Below, piece by piece: positions 9,912-22,400 of a DNA stretch of 64,000 nt. A model generated the notes under the pieces. The model was not told the origin of the DNA. It ran no database searches and saw only the letters and a list, made by a program, of their open reading frames with translations. Source of the stretch: Bacteroidales bacterium (GTDB lineage: Bacteria; Bacteroidota; Bacteroidia; Bacteroidales; Marinilabiliaceae); NCBI GenBank assembly GCA_024401365.1, contig JAKSLE010000009.1, positions 61,818 to 125,817 of the forward strand. Direction: 5' to 3'. The position numbers and the translations under genes are program-made. Numbering within the stretch: position 1 is the first letter of the stretch; every line of letters begins with the position of its first letter.

Positions 9912-10562
9912 ATGGGAAAGATGAGAGATATATTCTTGAAGATGACGGCATTTATCCGACAATATGTGGGGCATATTTGCTGGGCATTATTCTGTGTGAC
10001 GATTATGCAGCAATGTATGATATCGTCGTTAAGGAGTGAGTTGCTCAAGGCGAAAGCGGGAGAGATAGGCGACGTTTCGGGAGCGGTGGAGAGCTATGTT
10101 GATCCAGTGGTTACGGCAAACGATACAAACAATTCAAATATGGGGACAATACTAGTTGTTTTAGGAATATTAATTCTGTTGTCGTTAGCCATAGTCTATG
10201 TGCTATACAGGCTAGGCAAGATAAAGTTACCCTTTGTAGTTTCCGTCACAGGCAAGATGTGGCAAGACCTACAAGGCAGGGTAGTATACACGTTGACTGT
10301 GAAGAACAGCACCAGGAAGCAAGTAGAGATTTCGGATGCCATGGTAGAATTCATGGACACCAAGAAGAGGAGAAAGTTCAGGATGCCTGTTAAGGATTTA
10401 CCTATGACGTTACAAAAAGGGACCAGTCACAGCATGACGGTATCGCTTATGAACCTATTCATGAACAATCCAGACCTCAGAGCGATGAAAGCCCTGAGAG
10501 TACTTGTAAAGGTTGACGGCAAAGAGAAGCACACTTTACCGCAGCCATACAAAATGCAGTAG
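9912..10562 (+). CDS. Hypothetical membrane protein
   Basis: One clear hydrophobic helix (ILVVLGILILLSLAIVYVLY). No recognisable motif; start uncertain. Confidence 0.4.
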   Translation: MGKMRDIFLKMTAFIRQYVGHICWALFCVTIMQQCMISSLRSELLKAKAGEIGDVSGAVESYVDPVVTANDTNNSNMGTILVVLGILILLSLAIVYVLYRLGKIKLPFVVSVTGKMWQDLQGRVVYTLTVKNSTRKQVEISDAMVEFMDTKKRRKFRMPVKDLPMTLQKGTSHSMTVSLMNLFMNNPDLRAMKALRVLVKVDGKEKHTLPQPYKMQ

Positions 10563-10564
10563 GT

Positions 10565-11188
10565 ATGATTTCGCTTAAGAAAGCTTGGGCGACATATAAG
10601 AACAGGAAGACACGGCTAGGCATAGTAATAGACTTCTGCCTAGTCGCGTTACTTATTTTTATCACCATACCAGACCTAAGGATGAGGCTGATGGTAAACA
10701 CCATCAGGTTGACGCTCAGGCAGCCGCAAGTAATACAAGACGAGAACTACTATTTGACCCCTGGGGAGTTGAGGGCCTATACCTCGGAAGGCGAGTTATA
10801 TGAGTGGCCAGACACATTAGAGAAGCCCTTACTCATAAACTTTGGTGCGTTGTGGAGTGCGCAGAACAGGGCTGAGTTGAAGAGTCTCAATGTATTTTGG
10901 GAGAAATACAAAGAGAAGATAGACGTGTTGTATGTAACATTTGATTCGGCCGATGAGGTAGAAGAATATATGGAAGCGAGGAGCTATGGTTTTAAGAGGC
11001 TATATATCAGAGAAGACGAGATGAGTATGTTAGAGCGAGAAGAAGACGGCATGATAGTAGACCTAATATACAGCATACCGAGCAGTGTACTTTTGGACAC
11101 AGACAGCAAGGTAGTGATAAAGAAGTTTGGTGCAGCCAAGTGGAGAGGCGGGAGAGTAGATGATATAATGCTGAGCATAGAGAAGTAA
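10565..11188 (+). CDS. Hypothetical membrane-anchored protein (possibly thioredoxin-like fold, no CXXC)
   Basis: N-terminal TM helix. The PLLINFGALWSAQN segment sits where TlpA-like proteins carry WCxxC. Confidence 0.35.
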   Translation: MISLKKAWATYKNRKTRLGIVIDFCLVALLIFITIPDLRMRLMVNTIRLTLRQPQVIQDENYYLTPGELRAYTSEGELYEWPDTLEKPLLINFGALWSAQNRAELKSLNVFWEKYKEKIDVLYVTFDSADEVEEYMEARSYGFKRLYIREDEMSMLEREEDGMIVDLIYSIPSSVLLDTDSKVVIKKFGAAKWRGGRVDDIMLSIEK

Positions 11189-11192
11189 CGGG

Positions 11193-11207
11193 TTGCTCGC
11201 AGTTTTT
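11193..11207 (+). repeat. Dispersed motif copy C (core TTGCTCGCAGTTTTT)
   Basis: Exact core match, 5 nt after the stop of the preceding gene. Confidence 0.6.
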
Positions 11208-11299
11208 ATAATTATACCACCCGCAATGTAGTTAATAGATGTTAAATCCGTACAAAAGGGTGTATTCTGTATTATTTTTGCCACAATTTTCGGTAGATT

Positions 11300-12178
11300 A
11301 TGTCCAAACAAAGCAATAAAGCGACTTCTAGGAAGTTACGCAGTTCGTACTTCACCACGACAATAAGTATCACGATGGTACTATTCCTATTAGGGATGGT
11401 AGGTCTTTTGATGCTCAATGCCAACAGGTTGTCGATGTATGTGAAGGAGAATCTCGGGTTGATGGTCATGTTGAACAATGATGCCAGAGATGCTGAGGTA
11501 AAGATGATAGAAAAATCGTTGCAATCGTCGGCGCTTGTCAAGTCCGCCGTCTACATAGACAAAGAGAAAGCCGCAGAGAAGCTCAAGGACGAATTAGGAG
11601 AAGACTTTGTAGAATTTTTGGGATACAATCCGCTATTGTCATCGATAGAAGTCAAGGTATTTGCTGAGTATGCCAATCCAGAAGGGTTGGGCATGGTAGA
11701 GAACATTATCAAAGGTTTTCCTGAGGTAAAGGAGGTCAGATATCAGAAAGACATTGTCAATTTGATACATGAGAATGTGAGCAAGATAAGCATGGTACTA
11801 TTATGCTTCACCATTTTAATGGCAACCGTAGCTATGACACTGATAAACAACACGGTACGTTTGATGGTCTACTCCAAGAGATTTTTGATAAGGACGATGC
11901 AATTAGTAGGAGCTACCAATGGATTTATCCGACGTCCGTTTGTATGGCAGAGTGTATTGCAAGGGCTTATAGGAGCGATACTAGCCAATATCATGTTGGC
12001 AGGAGTCATATACCTATCGGCCAGAGAGCTAGAAGGAGTAATAGGCTTTGACAGCATACAGACGGTACTGATACTCTTTGTATCGGTATTGATATTAGGT
12101 ATACTACTCACGTTTGCGAGTACGATTTGGGCTGTGAACAGATATTTGAATGTAAGGACAGCAGATCTTTACGTGTAA
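11300..12178 (+). CDS. ftsX: Cell-division protein FtsX-like permease
   Basis: 292 aa with the FtsX topology: one TM helix, a periplasmic domain, then three C-terminal TM helices. Conserved neighbourhood. Confidence 0.75.
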   Translation: MSKQSNKATSRKLRSSYFTTTISITMVLFLLGMVGLLMLNANRLSMYVKENLGLMVMLNNDARDAEVKMIEKSLQSSALVKSAVYIDKEKAAEKLKDELGEDFVEFLGYNPLLSSIEVKVFAEYANPEGLGMVENIIKGFPEVKEVRYQKDIVNLIHENVSKISMVLLCFTILMATVAMTLINNTVRLMVYSKRFLIRTMQLVGATNGFIRRPFVWQSVLQGLIGAILANIMLAGVIYLSARELEGVIGFDSIQTVLILFVSVLILGILLTFASTIWAVNRYLNVRTADLYV

Positions 12179-12209
12179 TTGATTGACAGGTAACAATAGA
12201 TATAGAGAT

Positions 12210-12464
12210 ATGGCTAATCAGAAGAAGAATGTTAAGACGGATGAGGTAACAGACAAAGACTTTGCGTTGACGAAGAAGAACTTTGTACTGTTGGCCATTG
12301 GTGCGGCTATTATCATGTTAGGATTTATCCTTATGGCTGAGGCACCGACAGCAGACGACAGTGTATTCAAGGAAGAGATATATGGTTTCAGGTGCATTAC
12401 GCTAGCTCCGATGATTGTGCTAGCCGGCTTTGTATTTGAGATTTATGCCATAATGAGAAAATAA
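12210..12464 (+). CDS. DUF3098-like small membrane protein
   Basis: Small two-TM protein between ftsX and uppP, as in other Bacteroidales. Start placed at the ATG at 12210. Confidence 0.55.
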   Translation: MANQKKNVKTDEVTDKDFALTKKNFVLLAIGAAIIMLGFILMAEAPTADDSVFKEEIYGFRCITLAPMIVLAGFVFEIYAIMRK

Positions 12465-12473
12465 TACTTGGCG

Positions 12474-13280
12474 ATGGGAGAATTAGAAGCGCTCGTATTA
12501 GGATTATTGCAAGGCCTTACAGAATATCTACCTGTATCGTCGAGTGGGCATTTAGCCATAGGGTCGTATCTATTTGGTGTTGATGGGGAAGAGAATCTCA
12601 CATTTACCATTGTGGTACACGTTGCGACGGTACTCAGCACGTTGGTTGTGCTATGGAGAGAGATATGGCAATTGTTGCAAGGCGCCTTGAAGTTCAAGTG
12701 GAATGCGGAGATGAGGTATGTGGTGAACATCCTTATTTCGATGATACCGATAGGCATAGTAGGGCTCTTTTTCAAGGACACCATAGAAGAAGTTTTTGGC
12801 AGTGGGTTGTTGATAGTAGGGTTGATGCTACTGTTGACAGCGGCGTTATTAGCCTTCTCGTATTATGCCAAGCCGAGGATAAAAGAGAATATTTCGCCAT
12901 TGCATGCCTTTATTATAGGTATAGCGCAAGCCTGTGCTGTGATGCCAGGACTCTCGCGTTCCGGTTCGACTATAGCCACAGGACTTTTATTAGGCAACAA
13001 GAAAGAGTCGATGGCTCAGTTTTCGTTTCTCATGGTAATACCTCCCATACTTGGAGAAGCGTTACTAGACTTCAAGCATTTGTTTGAAGCAGAGGCAGAT
13101 GCGGCGGCCTCGGCGGGCAGTATATCGCTTACGGCGCTGATCATAGGCTTTTTGGCCGCCTTTGTAGCCGGATGTGCTGCATGCAAGTGGATGGTAAGCA
13201 TAGTTAGGAAAGGAAAGCTAATATACTTTGCTATATACTGTGCTATTGTTGGTATTATCACGCTATTCTGCAGTTTGTAA
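12474..13280 (+). CDS. uppP: Undecaprenyl-diphosphate phosphatase
   Basis: [14 protein letters not shown] and [10 protein letters not shown] motifs. Confidence 0.9.
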   Translation: MGELEALVLGLLQGLTEYLPVSSSGHLAIGSYLFGVDGEENLTFTIVVHVATVLSTLVVLWREIWQLLQGALKFKWNAEMRYVVNILISMIPIGIVGLFFKDTIEEVFGSGLLIVGLMLLLTAALLAFSYYAKPRIKENISPLHAFIIGIAQACAVMPGLSRSGSTIATGLLLGNKKESMAQFSFLMVIPPILGEALLDFKHLFEAEADAAASAGSISLTALIIGFLAAFVAGCAACKWMVSIVRKGKLIYFAIYCAIVGIITLFCSL

Positions 13281-14005
13281 TGGACTTTTTAGCAGGAGAG
13301 GTACTTATAATAGACAAGCCTTTGAAGTGGACGTCGTTTGACGTTGTGAACAAGGTAAGATTGATGCTCAAGCAAGTTATGGGCATCAAGAAGATAAAAG
13401 TAGGGCATGCTGGCACGCTTGACCCCCTTGCCACGGGAGTAGTAGTACTCTGTACGGGCAAGGCCACCAAGCAGATAGAGCAATTGATGGATCATGACAA
13501 GGAGTACACAGCCACGATAAGGCTAGGAGCTACCACGCCATGTTTTGACTTAGAGAAAGAGATAGATGCTACCTATCCATACGAGCACATTACGAGGGAG
13601 ATGGTAGAGACGGTACTCAAGGAGCAATTTACCGGAGAGATAATGCAAGTACCGCCCATATTCTCGGCCATCAGCATCAATGGCAAGAGAGCGTATGAGT
13701 TGGCCCGCAAGGGAGCCTCGGAAGAAGAGAGTGGGTTGAAGCCTAGGCAAGTAACCATTGAAAGCATTGAGGTGCAACAATTTAACCTACCTTACGTAGA
13801 GGTAAAGATTAAGTGTTCGAAGGGCACATATATACGTTCTATAGCCAGAGATTTAGGTTATGCGTTGCAAAGTGGGGGGCATTTAGTATCATTGAGGCGC
13901 ACCAGGGTAGGCGATTTCAAGGTTGAAGATGCTCTCAATATGGAACAAGTCAAAGCGTTGCTAGAAGTTGAAGCGCAGCGACAAGCAAAAGAAGAAAACA
14001 ATTAA
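13280..14005 (+). CDS. truB: tRNA pseudouridine(55) synthase
   Basis: [16 protein letters not shown] catalytic Asp motif. ATG overlaps the uppP stop. Confidence 0.9.
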   Translation: MDFLAGEVLIIDKPLKWTSFDVVNKVRLMLKQVMGIKKIKVGHAGTLDPLATGVVVLCTGKATKQIEQLMDHDKEYTATIRLGATTPCFDLEKEIDATYPYEHITREMVETVLKEQFTGEIMQVPPIFSAISINGKRAYELARKGASEEESGLKPRQVTIESIEVQQFNLPYVEVKIKCSKGTYIRSIARDLGYALQSGGHLVSLRRTRVGDFKVEDALNMEQVKALLEVEAQRQAKEENN

Positions 14006-14022
14006 ACGATAGATATACGGAT

Positions 14023-15108
14023 ATGAAACTATCAGAATTTGGGTATAGCGTACCATACACAGTAAATGAGGAAGGTGAGAAGGTGTACGACACAATCGTA
14101 GCACAGAACGCTCCTGAGAATCGTGATGAGGCTCGCTTGATGGTACTGCACAAGAAGACAGGTGAGATAGAGCACAAGGTATTTAAGGACGTCTTGTCGT
14201 ATTTTGATGAGAAAGACGTTTTGGTATTCAATGACACTAAAGTTTTTCCTGCCCGTCTATACGGTAACAAAGAGAAGACAGGAGCTGTCATTGAGGTATT
14301 CCTTTTGAGAGAGCTCAACAGGGATTTGCACTTGTGGGATGTATTAGTAGATCCTGCGAGAAAGATACGTATTGGCAATAAGTTGTATTTTGGCGAAGAC
14401 AACTCGCTTGTTGCGGAAGTTATAGACAATACCACTTCGCGAGGAAGAACATTGAGATTCCTATATGACGGAACACCAGAAGAGTTCAAAGAGACGCTCT
14501 ATTCACTTGGTGAGACTCCGCTACCAGACTGTATACAAAGAAAGCCAATTCCAGAAGATGAGGCTGCGTATCAGACCATATATGCTAAGAACGAGGGTGC
14601 TGTAGCTGCTCCAGCTGCTGGCTTGCACTTCAGTCGTGAGTTGATGAAGCGTCTTGAGATTAAGGGAGTTGACTTTGCCTTCCTTACCCTTCATGCTGGA
14701 CTTGGCAACTTCAGGAGTGTAGAAGTTGAAGATTTGACCAAGCACAAGATGGACTCAGAAGAGTTGCACCTTAGTGAGAAGGCATGTGATATTATCAACA
14801 AAGCCAAGGACACCAAGAGAAAGGTATGTGCTGTAGGCACTACGGTAGTACGTTCGCTAGAGACAGCTGTTTCCACATTTGGTCATGTGACGCCATTTGA
14901 CGGTTGGACCAACAAATTTATCTTCCCACCATACGAGATAAAGGTTCCAAATGCCATGATTACCAACTTCCATGAGCCATACTCTACGCTATTGATGATG
15001 GTTTGTGCGGTAGGAGGCTATAAGAATGTGATGAAGGCTTACGATGTAGCTGTAAAAGAAGGCTATAAGTTTGGCCCTTATGGAGATGCGATGTTGATTA
15101 TTGACTAA
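14023..15108 (+). CDS. queA: S-adenosylmethionine:tRNA ribosyltransferase-isomerase
   Basis: 361 aa with family-typical segments [15 protein letters not shown] and [10 protein letters not shown]. Confidence 0.9.
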   Translation: MKLSEFGYSVPYTVNEEGEKVYDTIVAQNAPENRDEARLMVLHKKTGEIEHKVFKDVLSYFDEKDVLVFNDTKVFPARLYGNKEKTGAVIEVFLLRELNRDLHLWDVLVDPARKIRIGNKLYFGEDNSLVAEVIDNTTSRGRTLRFLYDGTPEEFKETLYSLGETPLPDCIQRKPIPEDEAAYQTIYAKNEGAVAAPAAGLHFSRELMKRLEIKGVDFAFLTLHAGLGNFRSVEVEDLTKHKMDSEELHLSEKACDIINKAKDTKRKVCAVGTTVVRSLETAVSTFGHVTPFDGWTNKFIFPPYEIKVPNAMITNFHEPYSTLLMMVCAVGGYKNVMKAYDVAVKEGYKFGPYGDAMLIID

Positions 15109-15130
15109 GTTAAGCAATTGACATAAAAAG

Positions 15131-15158
15131 AAGGCGAGCAAAGAGTTCGCCTTTTTTT
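15131..15158 (+). terminator. Intrinsic terminator after queA
   Basis: Stem AAGGCGA/TCGCCTT followed by T7. Confidence 0.6.
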
Positions 15159-17742
15159 ATTCCGACTGGAGGATAACGGTAGATTTGAAGTCAGTTGTTT
15201 TCCCGGCGGTCTGCCAAGCAGATATGTGTATAATATAAGTACCTGGAGGTTGCAATTGTCCCGACGAGTCGCGGCCATCCCAAGTCAGTTCCCCTGATGT
15301 AGGCAGCAACGTATTATTGTACAAAGTAGTGATGAGGTGGCCATTGGGGGCGTATATCTGGAATGTTGCGTACCAAGAGCCGTCGGTAAAGAGAGTAGAT
15401 ATTACTGCGCGATCCGGTTTTGTAGCCGAATAAGGGGTAAATATTTTCGTTGTCACCTCTATTTCTCCCTTAGAAGGGGTAGTAGGGGCATGATATTGAG
15501 AGTTGCGCGCTGTTGGGGAAGCGTACCCAGCCAATTCAGAAGCAGAAGACCAGTTAGACAACTCCGAAGACGGCGAGAAAGGGTGTATACGTTCCAAGCT
15601 TACGTTAGGCAAGCCCTTAGAGAGAGGAGAATGCATACTATTGTTGTAAATACAGAGGTCGATTATAGAACCACTGCGATTAGATATTCCCACGGCTCCC
15701 TCGGCGGGGAGGGCGGGGAATTTGGGGCTATTGATTACAGCCTGTGGATTCTCGGGAGAGAAAAACTCTATGACACCCAAAGAATCTTTAGTAACCACCA
15801 AGTACTCGTTAGGGAACAAGATACGGTGGTATGAGAGGACTGGGGACAAAGACTTTATAGAATTATCGTCATTTAGGGAAGCGACGCAAAGAGAATACAA
15901 GTCGATATTTTTATTAGAGCGGTTGTACAGCTCCAGGTAATCCATAGAAGCAGGGGAAGCTTTAGACATTATTTCGTTTATGACCACATCGTTGTACTCC
16001 AGGGAGTCGGCATATCCCACGTTTACCCATTCAGGCACCATATTATTACCAGCCAGGTCGTGGAAATCGGCGACGGACACCGAATAGTAAGTATCATGCT
16101 CCATGATACGGTTGACCCTGATATCCAGCCAAGACAGGGTGTATCTATCAGCCTGGGATAACGAACAACCGACACTTTTATTGTTGATGTCTATAGACGA
16201 AGGGAGATTAACAGTATCCATTGGCTCCGAGAAATACAAGCGGATCGTATTAGGGTTATCCTCCGACATCAAGGCGTACAAGCAATGAGGAAGAGCAGTA
16301 TCGACGTTGACAGAATATACGCTATTGGTATATCCAGGGGTAGCGCCCAGGTTGTCGTTCAGCGAAAAGCTCCAATTACTCATTGAGCCATTCTGGTTAT
16401 AAGGGTCGATACGTTCGAGAGACCATCCCCCATTAGCCTTATAATCGTCCTTGAAATAGCTATTGTAGTAGTAGACATAATCGATTATTCTACCGTGATT
16501 ATCAGACAAGTACAAGCATTTGGCTGTATTATTGAGAGTAGGCCAAGAAGAGGTAGGGTAAACTTGGCACTCAGCATATTCGGACAACTCATCGGCATAT
16601 TTTTTGGCGCACAAGATAATAAACCCATGAGGTTCGATAAAAGAAGGGGGTATAATAGCAGAAGAAGTCCACTGCCATTGGGACAAGTTGATGACAGTAT
16701 CGGTAGTATTATACAGTTCCACCCACTCTATTTCCGGGAGGTCCAGGTCGGAAGAAGGGTGGTACATTATTTCGTTTATCACTATATCGCCGCGTTTGCA
16801 GATATAATCAGCTGGGGCAGGCACAGGTTGTGGTTCCGGCTCTGGTGAGGGTTCGGGGGTAGGTCCCGGAGTAGGTTCAGGTTCCGGAGTAGGTTCAGGG
16901 GTAGGCTCCGGCGTAGGTTGTGGCTCCGGTTCCGGTTCGGGAAGAGGTATGATTTCGGGTTCAGGTTCAGGCTCAGGTTGTGGTTGAGGTTCAGGTACAG
17001 GCTCCGGTTCGGGAATAGGTTCAGGAATAGGTTCAGGGATGGGGATAATCTCTGGGGCAGAGCTCTCCGCCAAGAAGTCGCATATTAAAGTTTTACCGCT
17101 AGCGTACGTTTTAGTAAAAGTTATCTCTATGGCTGTAGTAGTATGGCTAGAGAAATAGTCGGCAGGCACAGATTTATCAGAAGTTTCGCATACCAATTCA
17201 CTTGGGCCATTGATATCGCAGAAAATTGAGAATGAGTACTCGGGGTTATTGGGGTCATTATTGGTTGCTTTGCGGTAGATATCTACGGAAAAAGGGACAT
17301 TAGGGCGGAGGGTATTTTTAGGGCTTTCGCACAAGATCTGTTTATTCCCGTTGGCATTGACGAGAGCCAAGGAGACAGTTTTGTTGTTTGTACCCCCCAT
17401 TCGGACGCACAATCCCTCGGCTACGGAGCCATCGCTATTAAGAGAAGCTGCGAGGTAGAGCGAGAGATAATTATATGCGGTAAAAGCCCCCATCATAGAA
17501 AAGTGGAGGTGCCAGTGGGTAACATTAGCGGGGATGATGCTATTATTGGACAAAGTTGCTGGAGAAGTATTCTCCTCGGCCAGGAGGAATACAGAAGAAT
17601 TGTCGGCAGCGCCGTCGAACTGGTTTTTAGTATCCTGCCATACGTAAGCGGTATCTGCTGTTCCGAAGGTTACCTGAGCTGTAAGGCTATTTGGAATCAG
17701 GCAGAGAACCAACAAAGGCAAGAGCTTGGTAATGGTTTTCAT
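15157..17742 (-). CDS. Secreted lamin-tail-domain (LTD) protein with Pro/Glu-rich linker and FlgD-Ig-like C-terminus
   Basis: Signal peptide, two (V/I)VINEIM...ELYN LTD signatures, and C-terminal [17 protein letters not shown]. Confidence 0.7.
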   Translation of the reverse strand: MKTITKLLPLLVLCLIPNSLTAQVTFGTADTAYVWQDTKNQFDGAADNSSVFLLAEENTSPATLSNNSIIPANVTHWHLHFSMMGAFTAYNYLSLYLAASLNSDGSVAEGLCVRMGGTNNKTVSLALVNANGNKQILCESPKNTLRPNVPFSVDIYRKATNNDPNNPEYSFSIFCDINGPSELVCETSDKSVPADYFSSHTTTAIEITFTKTYASGKTLICDFLAESSAPEIIPIPEPIPEPIPEPEPVPEPQPQPEPEPEPEIIPLPEPEPEPQPTPEPTPEPTPEPEPTPGPTPEPSPEPEPQPVPAPADYICKRGDIVINEIMYHPSSDLDLPEIEWVELYNTTDTVINLSQWQWTSSAIIPPSFIEPHGFIILCAKKYADELSEYAECQVYPTSSWPTLNNTAKCLYLSDNHGRIIDYVYYYNSYFKDDYKANGGWSLERIDPYNQNGSMSNWSFSLNDNLGATPGYTNSVYSVNVDTALPHCLYALMSEDNPNTIRLYFSEPMDTVNLPSSIDINNKSVGCSLSQADRYTLSWLDIRVNRIMEHDTYYSVSVADFHDLAGNNMVPEWVNVGYADSLEYNDVVINEIMSKASPASMDYLELYNRSNKNIDLYSLCVASLNDDNSIKSLSPVLSYHRILFPNEYLVVTKDSLGVIEFFSPENPQAVINSPKFPALPAEGAVGISNRSGSIIDLCIYNNSMHSPLSKGLPNVSLERIHPFSPSSELSNWSSASELAGYASPTARNSQYHAPTTPSKGEIEVTTKIFTPYSATKPDRAVISTLFTDGSWYATFQIYAPNGHLITTLYNNTLLPTSGELTWDGRDSSGQLQPPGTYIIHISAWQTAGKTTDFKSTVILQSE
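16812..17060 (-). repeat. Coding low-complexity PEP/PTPE repeat (about 80 aa linker)
   Basis: DNA is a degenerate GGTTC(A/C)GG periodic tract. It encodes [28 protein letters not shown]... Confidence 0.85.
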
Positions 17743-17812
17743 GACTAGTTAATTAATATTTGATGGCAAAGATAGTATAATAGTTTAACTCTGTATACAC
17801 ACAGTATCCTTT

Positions 17813-17827
17813 TTGCTCGCAGTTTTT
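17813..17827 (+). repeat. Dispersed motif copy D (core TTGCTCGCAGTTTTT)
   Basis: Exact core match in the LTD/queD divergent intergenic region. Confidence 0.6.
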
Positions 17828-17971
17828 TAATAAACGAGAAGAAGAGGTCGAGAGAAGAGTCGCAAATTGAAATTATTGCAATATTCGTAGAAGAGTATAG
17901 TTATTATATCATGATATGGAGTTAGTTTAGAGAATAATGGTTATCTTCGCGGTGTCTAAATTGGGCATATT

Positions 17972-18412
17972 ATGATAATACGCATTACCAAAGAGTTTAA
18001 TTTCGAGATGGCTCATTTACTGAGCAATTATGATGGGCTTTGCAAGAATGTCCATGGGCACTCGTATAGACTGATGGTAACTGTGAAGGGGGGTATATCG
18101 CAAGATGTTACTTCACCTAAGCATGGGATGGTTATGGATTTCAGTGTATTGAAAGGCATTGTCAAGCAAGAGATAGTTGACAAGTTGGACCATGCGCTGA
18201 TGGTATATGAGAAAGCACCACAAGCTGGGGTAGTCAAGAGTCTAGCGGAGAGAGTATATACGGTACCATACGAGCCGACGTGTGAGAATATGGTTGCCAG
18301 TTTTGCGAAAGCCATCATGGACAAATTGCCAAGCGGCATAGAATTAGTAGGTGTAAGGCTCTATGAGACAGCCACCAGTTATGCTGAATGGTTGGCAGAA
18401 GACAATAAGTAG
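17972..18412 (+). CDS. queD: 6-carboxy-5,6,7,8-tetrahydropterin synthase
   Basis: FEMAHLL...CKNVHGHSY and LDHALM motifs; 146 aa. Confidence 0.8.
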   Translation: MIIRITKEFNFEMAHLLSNYDGLCKNVHGHSYRLMVTVKGGISQDVTSPKHGMVMDFSVLKGIVKQEIVDKLDHALMVYEKAPQAGVVKSLAERVYTVPYEPTCENMVASFAKAIMDKLPSGIELVGVRLYETATSYAEWLAEDNK

Positions 18413-18418
18413 CAAGTG

Positions 18419-19387
18419 ATGATAGACGAGATACGTAAGCCGATATTGAAGCACATGGAGGACTTTGAGCCCTTCTTTCGTGAGCAATTGCACTCGCCGA
18501 ACAAGTTATTGGCGATAGTTACGCACTATATACTCAGGAGAGGTGGCAAGAAGATGCGTCCGATGTTGGTATTTCTCTCAGCGTTACAATCTGGGGGTGT
18601 AACCAAGAGTTCGAATATTGCGGCTGCGCTTATTGAGTTATTGCATACGGCCACATTGGTACATGACGATGTAGTAGACGAGTCGGAAGAGAGGCGAGGG
18701 CAGAAGAGTGTCAATGCGTTATGGAATTCGAAGGTTGCGGTATTGGTAGGTGATTTCTTTTTAGCGCGAGGACTACAGATGGCCACGGAAAATGGGGAGT
18801 TGGCCATATTGAAGACAGTCTCGGACGCTGTACAAGAGATAAGTGAAGGAGAGATAGAGCAGATGGAGCATGCGCGGAAGTTGGACATCAAAGAAGAGAC
18901 CTACTACGAAGTCATCCGTAAGAAGACGGCGACACTGATAGCTGCCTGCACCAAGTGTGGGGCCATATCGGCGGGAGCCAGAGAAGAGACGATACAAGCT
19001 ATGTATGAGTACGGATTGAACTTAGGCATAGCCTTTCAGATAAAAGACGACATATTTGATTATCAGAAATCATCGTTATTGGGCAAGCCTACAGGTAACG
19101 ACATCAAGGAGAGGAAGTTGACCCTTCCATTGCTCTACGCATTAAGGACGGCTCCGAAAGATAAGAGCAAAGAGATGATGAAGATGATACGCAGCAAATA
19201 CAAAGAGAGCAAGACCGCCAAGGAAGCTACGGAATTTGTTCAACAGTATGGCGGCATAGAGTATTCGGTGAAGAAGATGAAAGAATATGGCAATATGGCG
19301 GTAGAGGCATTGCACAGGCTACCTATCAACGAAGCCACGCCATGTTTGGAGAAATTGATATTATTCAACGAGCAAAGAAAGAAATAG
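18419..19387 (+). CDS. Polyprenyl diphosphate synthase (IspB-like)
   Basis: First DDxxD (LVHDDVVDES) and second DDxxD (QIKDDIFD) motifs. Confidence 0.85.
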   Translation: MIDEIRKPILKHMEDFEPFFREQLHSPNKLLAIVTHYILRRGGKKMRPMLVFLSALQSGGVTKSSNIAAALIELLHTATLVHDDVVDESEERRGQKSVNALWNSKVAVLVGDFFLARGLQMATENGELAILKTVSDAVQEISEGEIEQMEHARKLDIKEETYYEVIRKKTATLIAACTKCGAISAGAREETIQAMYEYGLNLGIAFQIKDDIFDYQKSSLLGKPTGNDIKERKLTLPLLYALRTAPKDKSKEMMKMIRSKYKESKTAKEATEFVQQYGGIEYSVKKMKEYGNMAVEALHRLPINEATPCLEKLILFNEQRKK

Positions 19388-19411
19388 ACTACGTAATATA
19401 TAACAAAGTAG

Positions 19412-22400
19412 ATGAAACAATACAATTTATGGAATAATGTATGTGGGTGGGTAGCATTTCTAGTTTCCGCCATTACGTACATATTGACCACAGAAGACTC
19501 AGCCAGTTTCTGGGACTGTGGTGAGTTCATAGCCACTGCAAACAATCTTTTGGTAGGCCATCCTCCAGGAGCGCCATTTTTCATGATTATAGGCAGGTTA
19601 TTTTCTATCATGGCACCAGACGTGACGCTCATTGCCAAGAGTGTGAACATCATGTCGGCGTTGTGTTCGGCCTTTACTATACTGTTCCTATTCTGGACCA
19701 TCACCCATTTAGCCCGTAAGGTATTTGTAGACGACTACAAAGAGAGTGATGGTACGGTAGCCATGTGGCGTGTCATTTCCGTTATGGGTGCTGGTATGGT
19801 AGGTGCGTTGGCCTATACATTCTCAGACACCTTCTGGTTCTCGGCAGTAGAAGGAGAAGTATATGCCATGTCCAGTCTGTTTACTGCTGTAGTATTCTGG
19901 GCCATATTGAAGTGGGAAGTTGTAGCAGATCAGCCAAATGCCAACAGATGGTTGATATTGATATCGTACCTTATAGGTCTTTCGATAGGTGTGCACTTGC
20001 TCAATCTTCTTGCCATACCAGCCATTGGTCTTGTTTACTATTACAAGAAGTATGAGAATCCAGATGCTAAGGGTACATTGATAGCGCTTATTGTTTCGGC
20101 TATTGTACTTGGAGTTATACTATATGGTATTATTCCTGGAGTAGTAAAGATAGCATCGTTGTTTGAGTTGTTCTTTGTCAACGAGCTTGGGCTACACTAC
20201 AACAGCGGTGCGATATTCTATGCGTTACTACTTGTAGGTCTTTTGATCTATGGTATTTGGTGGGCATATCAGAAGAAGCATGTTTTGGCGCACACTATAC
20301 TCACTGCGGTATTGGTAATTATCATTGGCTATTCGAGCTTTGCTATGATAGTTATCCGTTCGGTAAGTAATCCTACTATGGATGAGAACTCGCCAGAAGA
20401 CGTTTTCTCGTTGATGGACTATTTGAACCGTGAGCAATATGGTAACAGGCCATTGTTTTTTGGAGAGACATTTGCTTCGCCTATAGACTATAATGACAGA
20501 GATGAGGGTACACCTATATATATACAGAAGAATGGCAGATATGAGGTTATGACTTATCGTCCTGTCAACAAGTATCAAGCCAATGTTCTATTCCCAAGAA
20601 TGTACAGTCAGTCGAGTGACCGTCACATCAGGGAGTACAAGGCGTGGACGAACTTCAAGGGAAGAGCGGTAAGGGTACAGAACAGAGAAGGAGGTTGGTA
20701 CAACGTTCAGATACCTACGTTCTGGGAGAACATGCAATTCTTCATCAAGTATCAATGTAACTTTATGTACTGGAGATACTTTATGTGGAACTTCTCGGGC
20801 AGGCAGAATGACATACAAAGTCATGGTGAGTTGACCCATGGCAACTGGATTACCGGTATACCATTCATAGACAATATGATGTTGGGAGACCAAGACCTTC
20901 TGCCAGACTCGTTAAAAGAGAACAAGGGTAACAACAAGTACTATATGTTGCCATTCCTCCTTGGATTGGTAGGCTTATTCTGGCAAGTGAAGAGAGGCGA
21001 GAAAGGCAAGCAAGGCTTTTTCATTGTCTTGATGTTGTTCTTCCTTACAGGATTAGCCATTGTTCTATACCTCAACCAGACGCCATTACAGCCAAGAGAG
21101 CGTGACTATGCGTATGCTGGATCGTTTTATGCGTTTGCCATTTGGATAGGACTTGGAGTATTAGGCATAGTTGAGGCCTTGAAGAATATTAAGGTACCAG
21201 CGATGCCTGCGGCTGCTGTAGCTTCGGTATTATCGTTATTATGTGTACCATGTCTTATGGCGCAGCAGAACTGGGATGATCATGACAGATCTGGTTCAAC
21301 TATTGCTAGAGATATAGCGTATAACTACCTCAATTCCTGCGATGAGAATGCTATTATCTTCACTAATGGTGACAATGATACATTCCCATTGTGGTATGCG
21401 CAAGAGGTAGAGCACTGCAGGCCAGACGTAAGAGTATGTAACCTCTCGTACTTGCAGACAGCGTGGTACTGTGACCAGATGAAGAGGAAGGCATACGACA
21501 GTGATCCGCTACCTATTTCGTTTACACATGACCAGTATACAGGAGACAGAGATGTAGTATATATTCTAGACCGAGTAGGAGGTAAGAGTATAGAGTTGGA
21601 TTTGGCCATGAGTTTTATTGCCTCGGACGATCCGAAGACCAAGCACTTACCAGAGTTGACGCCAGACAGGCTCTGTTACTTACCAGCATCGATGCTACAT
21701 ATGTATGTAGACAAAGAGGCGGTAGCTGAGAAGAAATTGGCATGTAATGTAGACTCGATGGTAATTCCTATCAACAGGTCGATGCTTATCAAGAATGACC
21801 TTTTGGTATTAGATATGCTCAATACTACAGAATGGGAGAGACCTATGTACTTTGCAGTTACAGTAGGCACAGAGAACTATGTAAATCTGCAGAAGTATTT
21901 CCGTCTTGAAGGATTAGCATACAGGATTGCTCCGTATGTAGACAAGGCGCCAAAAGACTTGAAAGACAAGAGAAATACAATGTCGCAAGTACAAGTAGGC
22001 ACTGTAGCGACAGACAAGATGTATGACATAGTAATGAACAAGTTCCGTTGGGGCTTCTTCAACAAAGAAGGGTTGTACATTGACGAGACCAAGGCCAGGA
22101 TGGCTTATACTACGCGCAGTGAGTTAGGACGTCTGGCAGAAGCCCTTATAGAAGAGGCAGAATATGCTGAGAAGTACAACAAGTTTATTGTTGGCAATGA
22201 AGAGCTTGACCTTGAGACATTCATATCCAGAGCACCTGAGTCGGCCAAAGAGCGAGAACCACAAGACTACATCAAGTCGTACGCAGCCAATAGGAGGATG
22301 ATGGCGTCGAAGGTAATGGAGAAGGTAGAGTTGGAGATTCCTACCAATGTAGCGGCACACAACTTCTACAGTCTCTCGATGGCGGCAAACCATTACCGCA

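Noticed and set aside
13950-14489. 179-aa minus-strand ORF
   Set aside because: It is antisense to queA and overlaps the truB end. There is no independent support.
19240-19704. 154-aa minus-strand ORF
   Set aside because: It overlaps the 3' end of the polyprenyl synthase gene and the 5' end of the DUF2723 gene on the opposite strand. There is no support for it.
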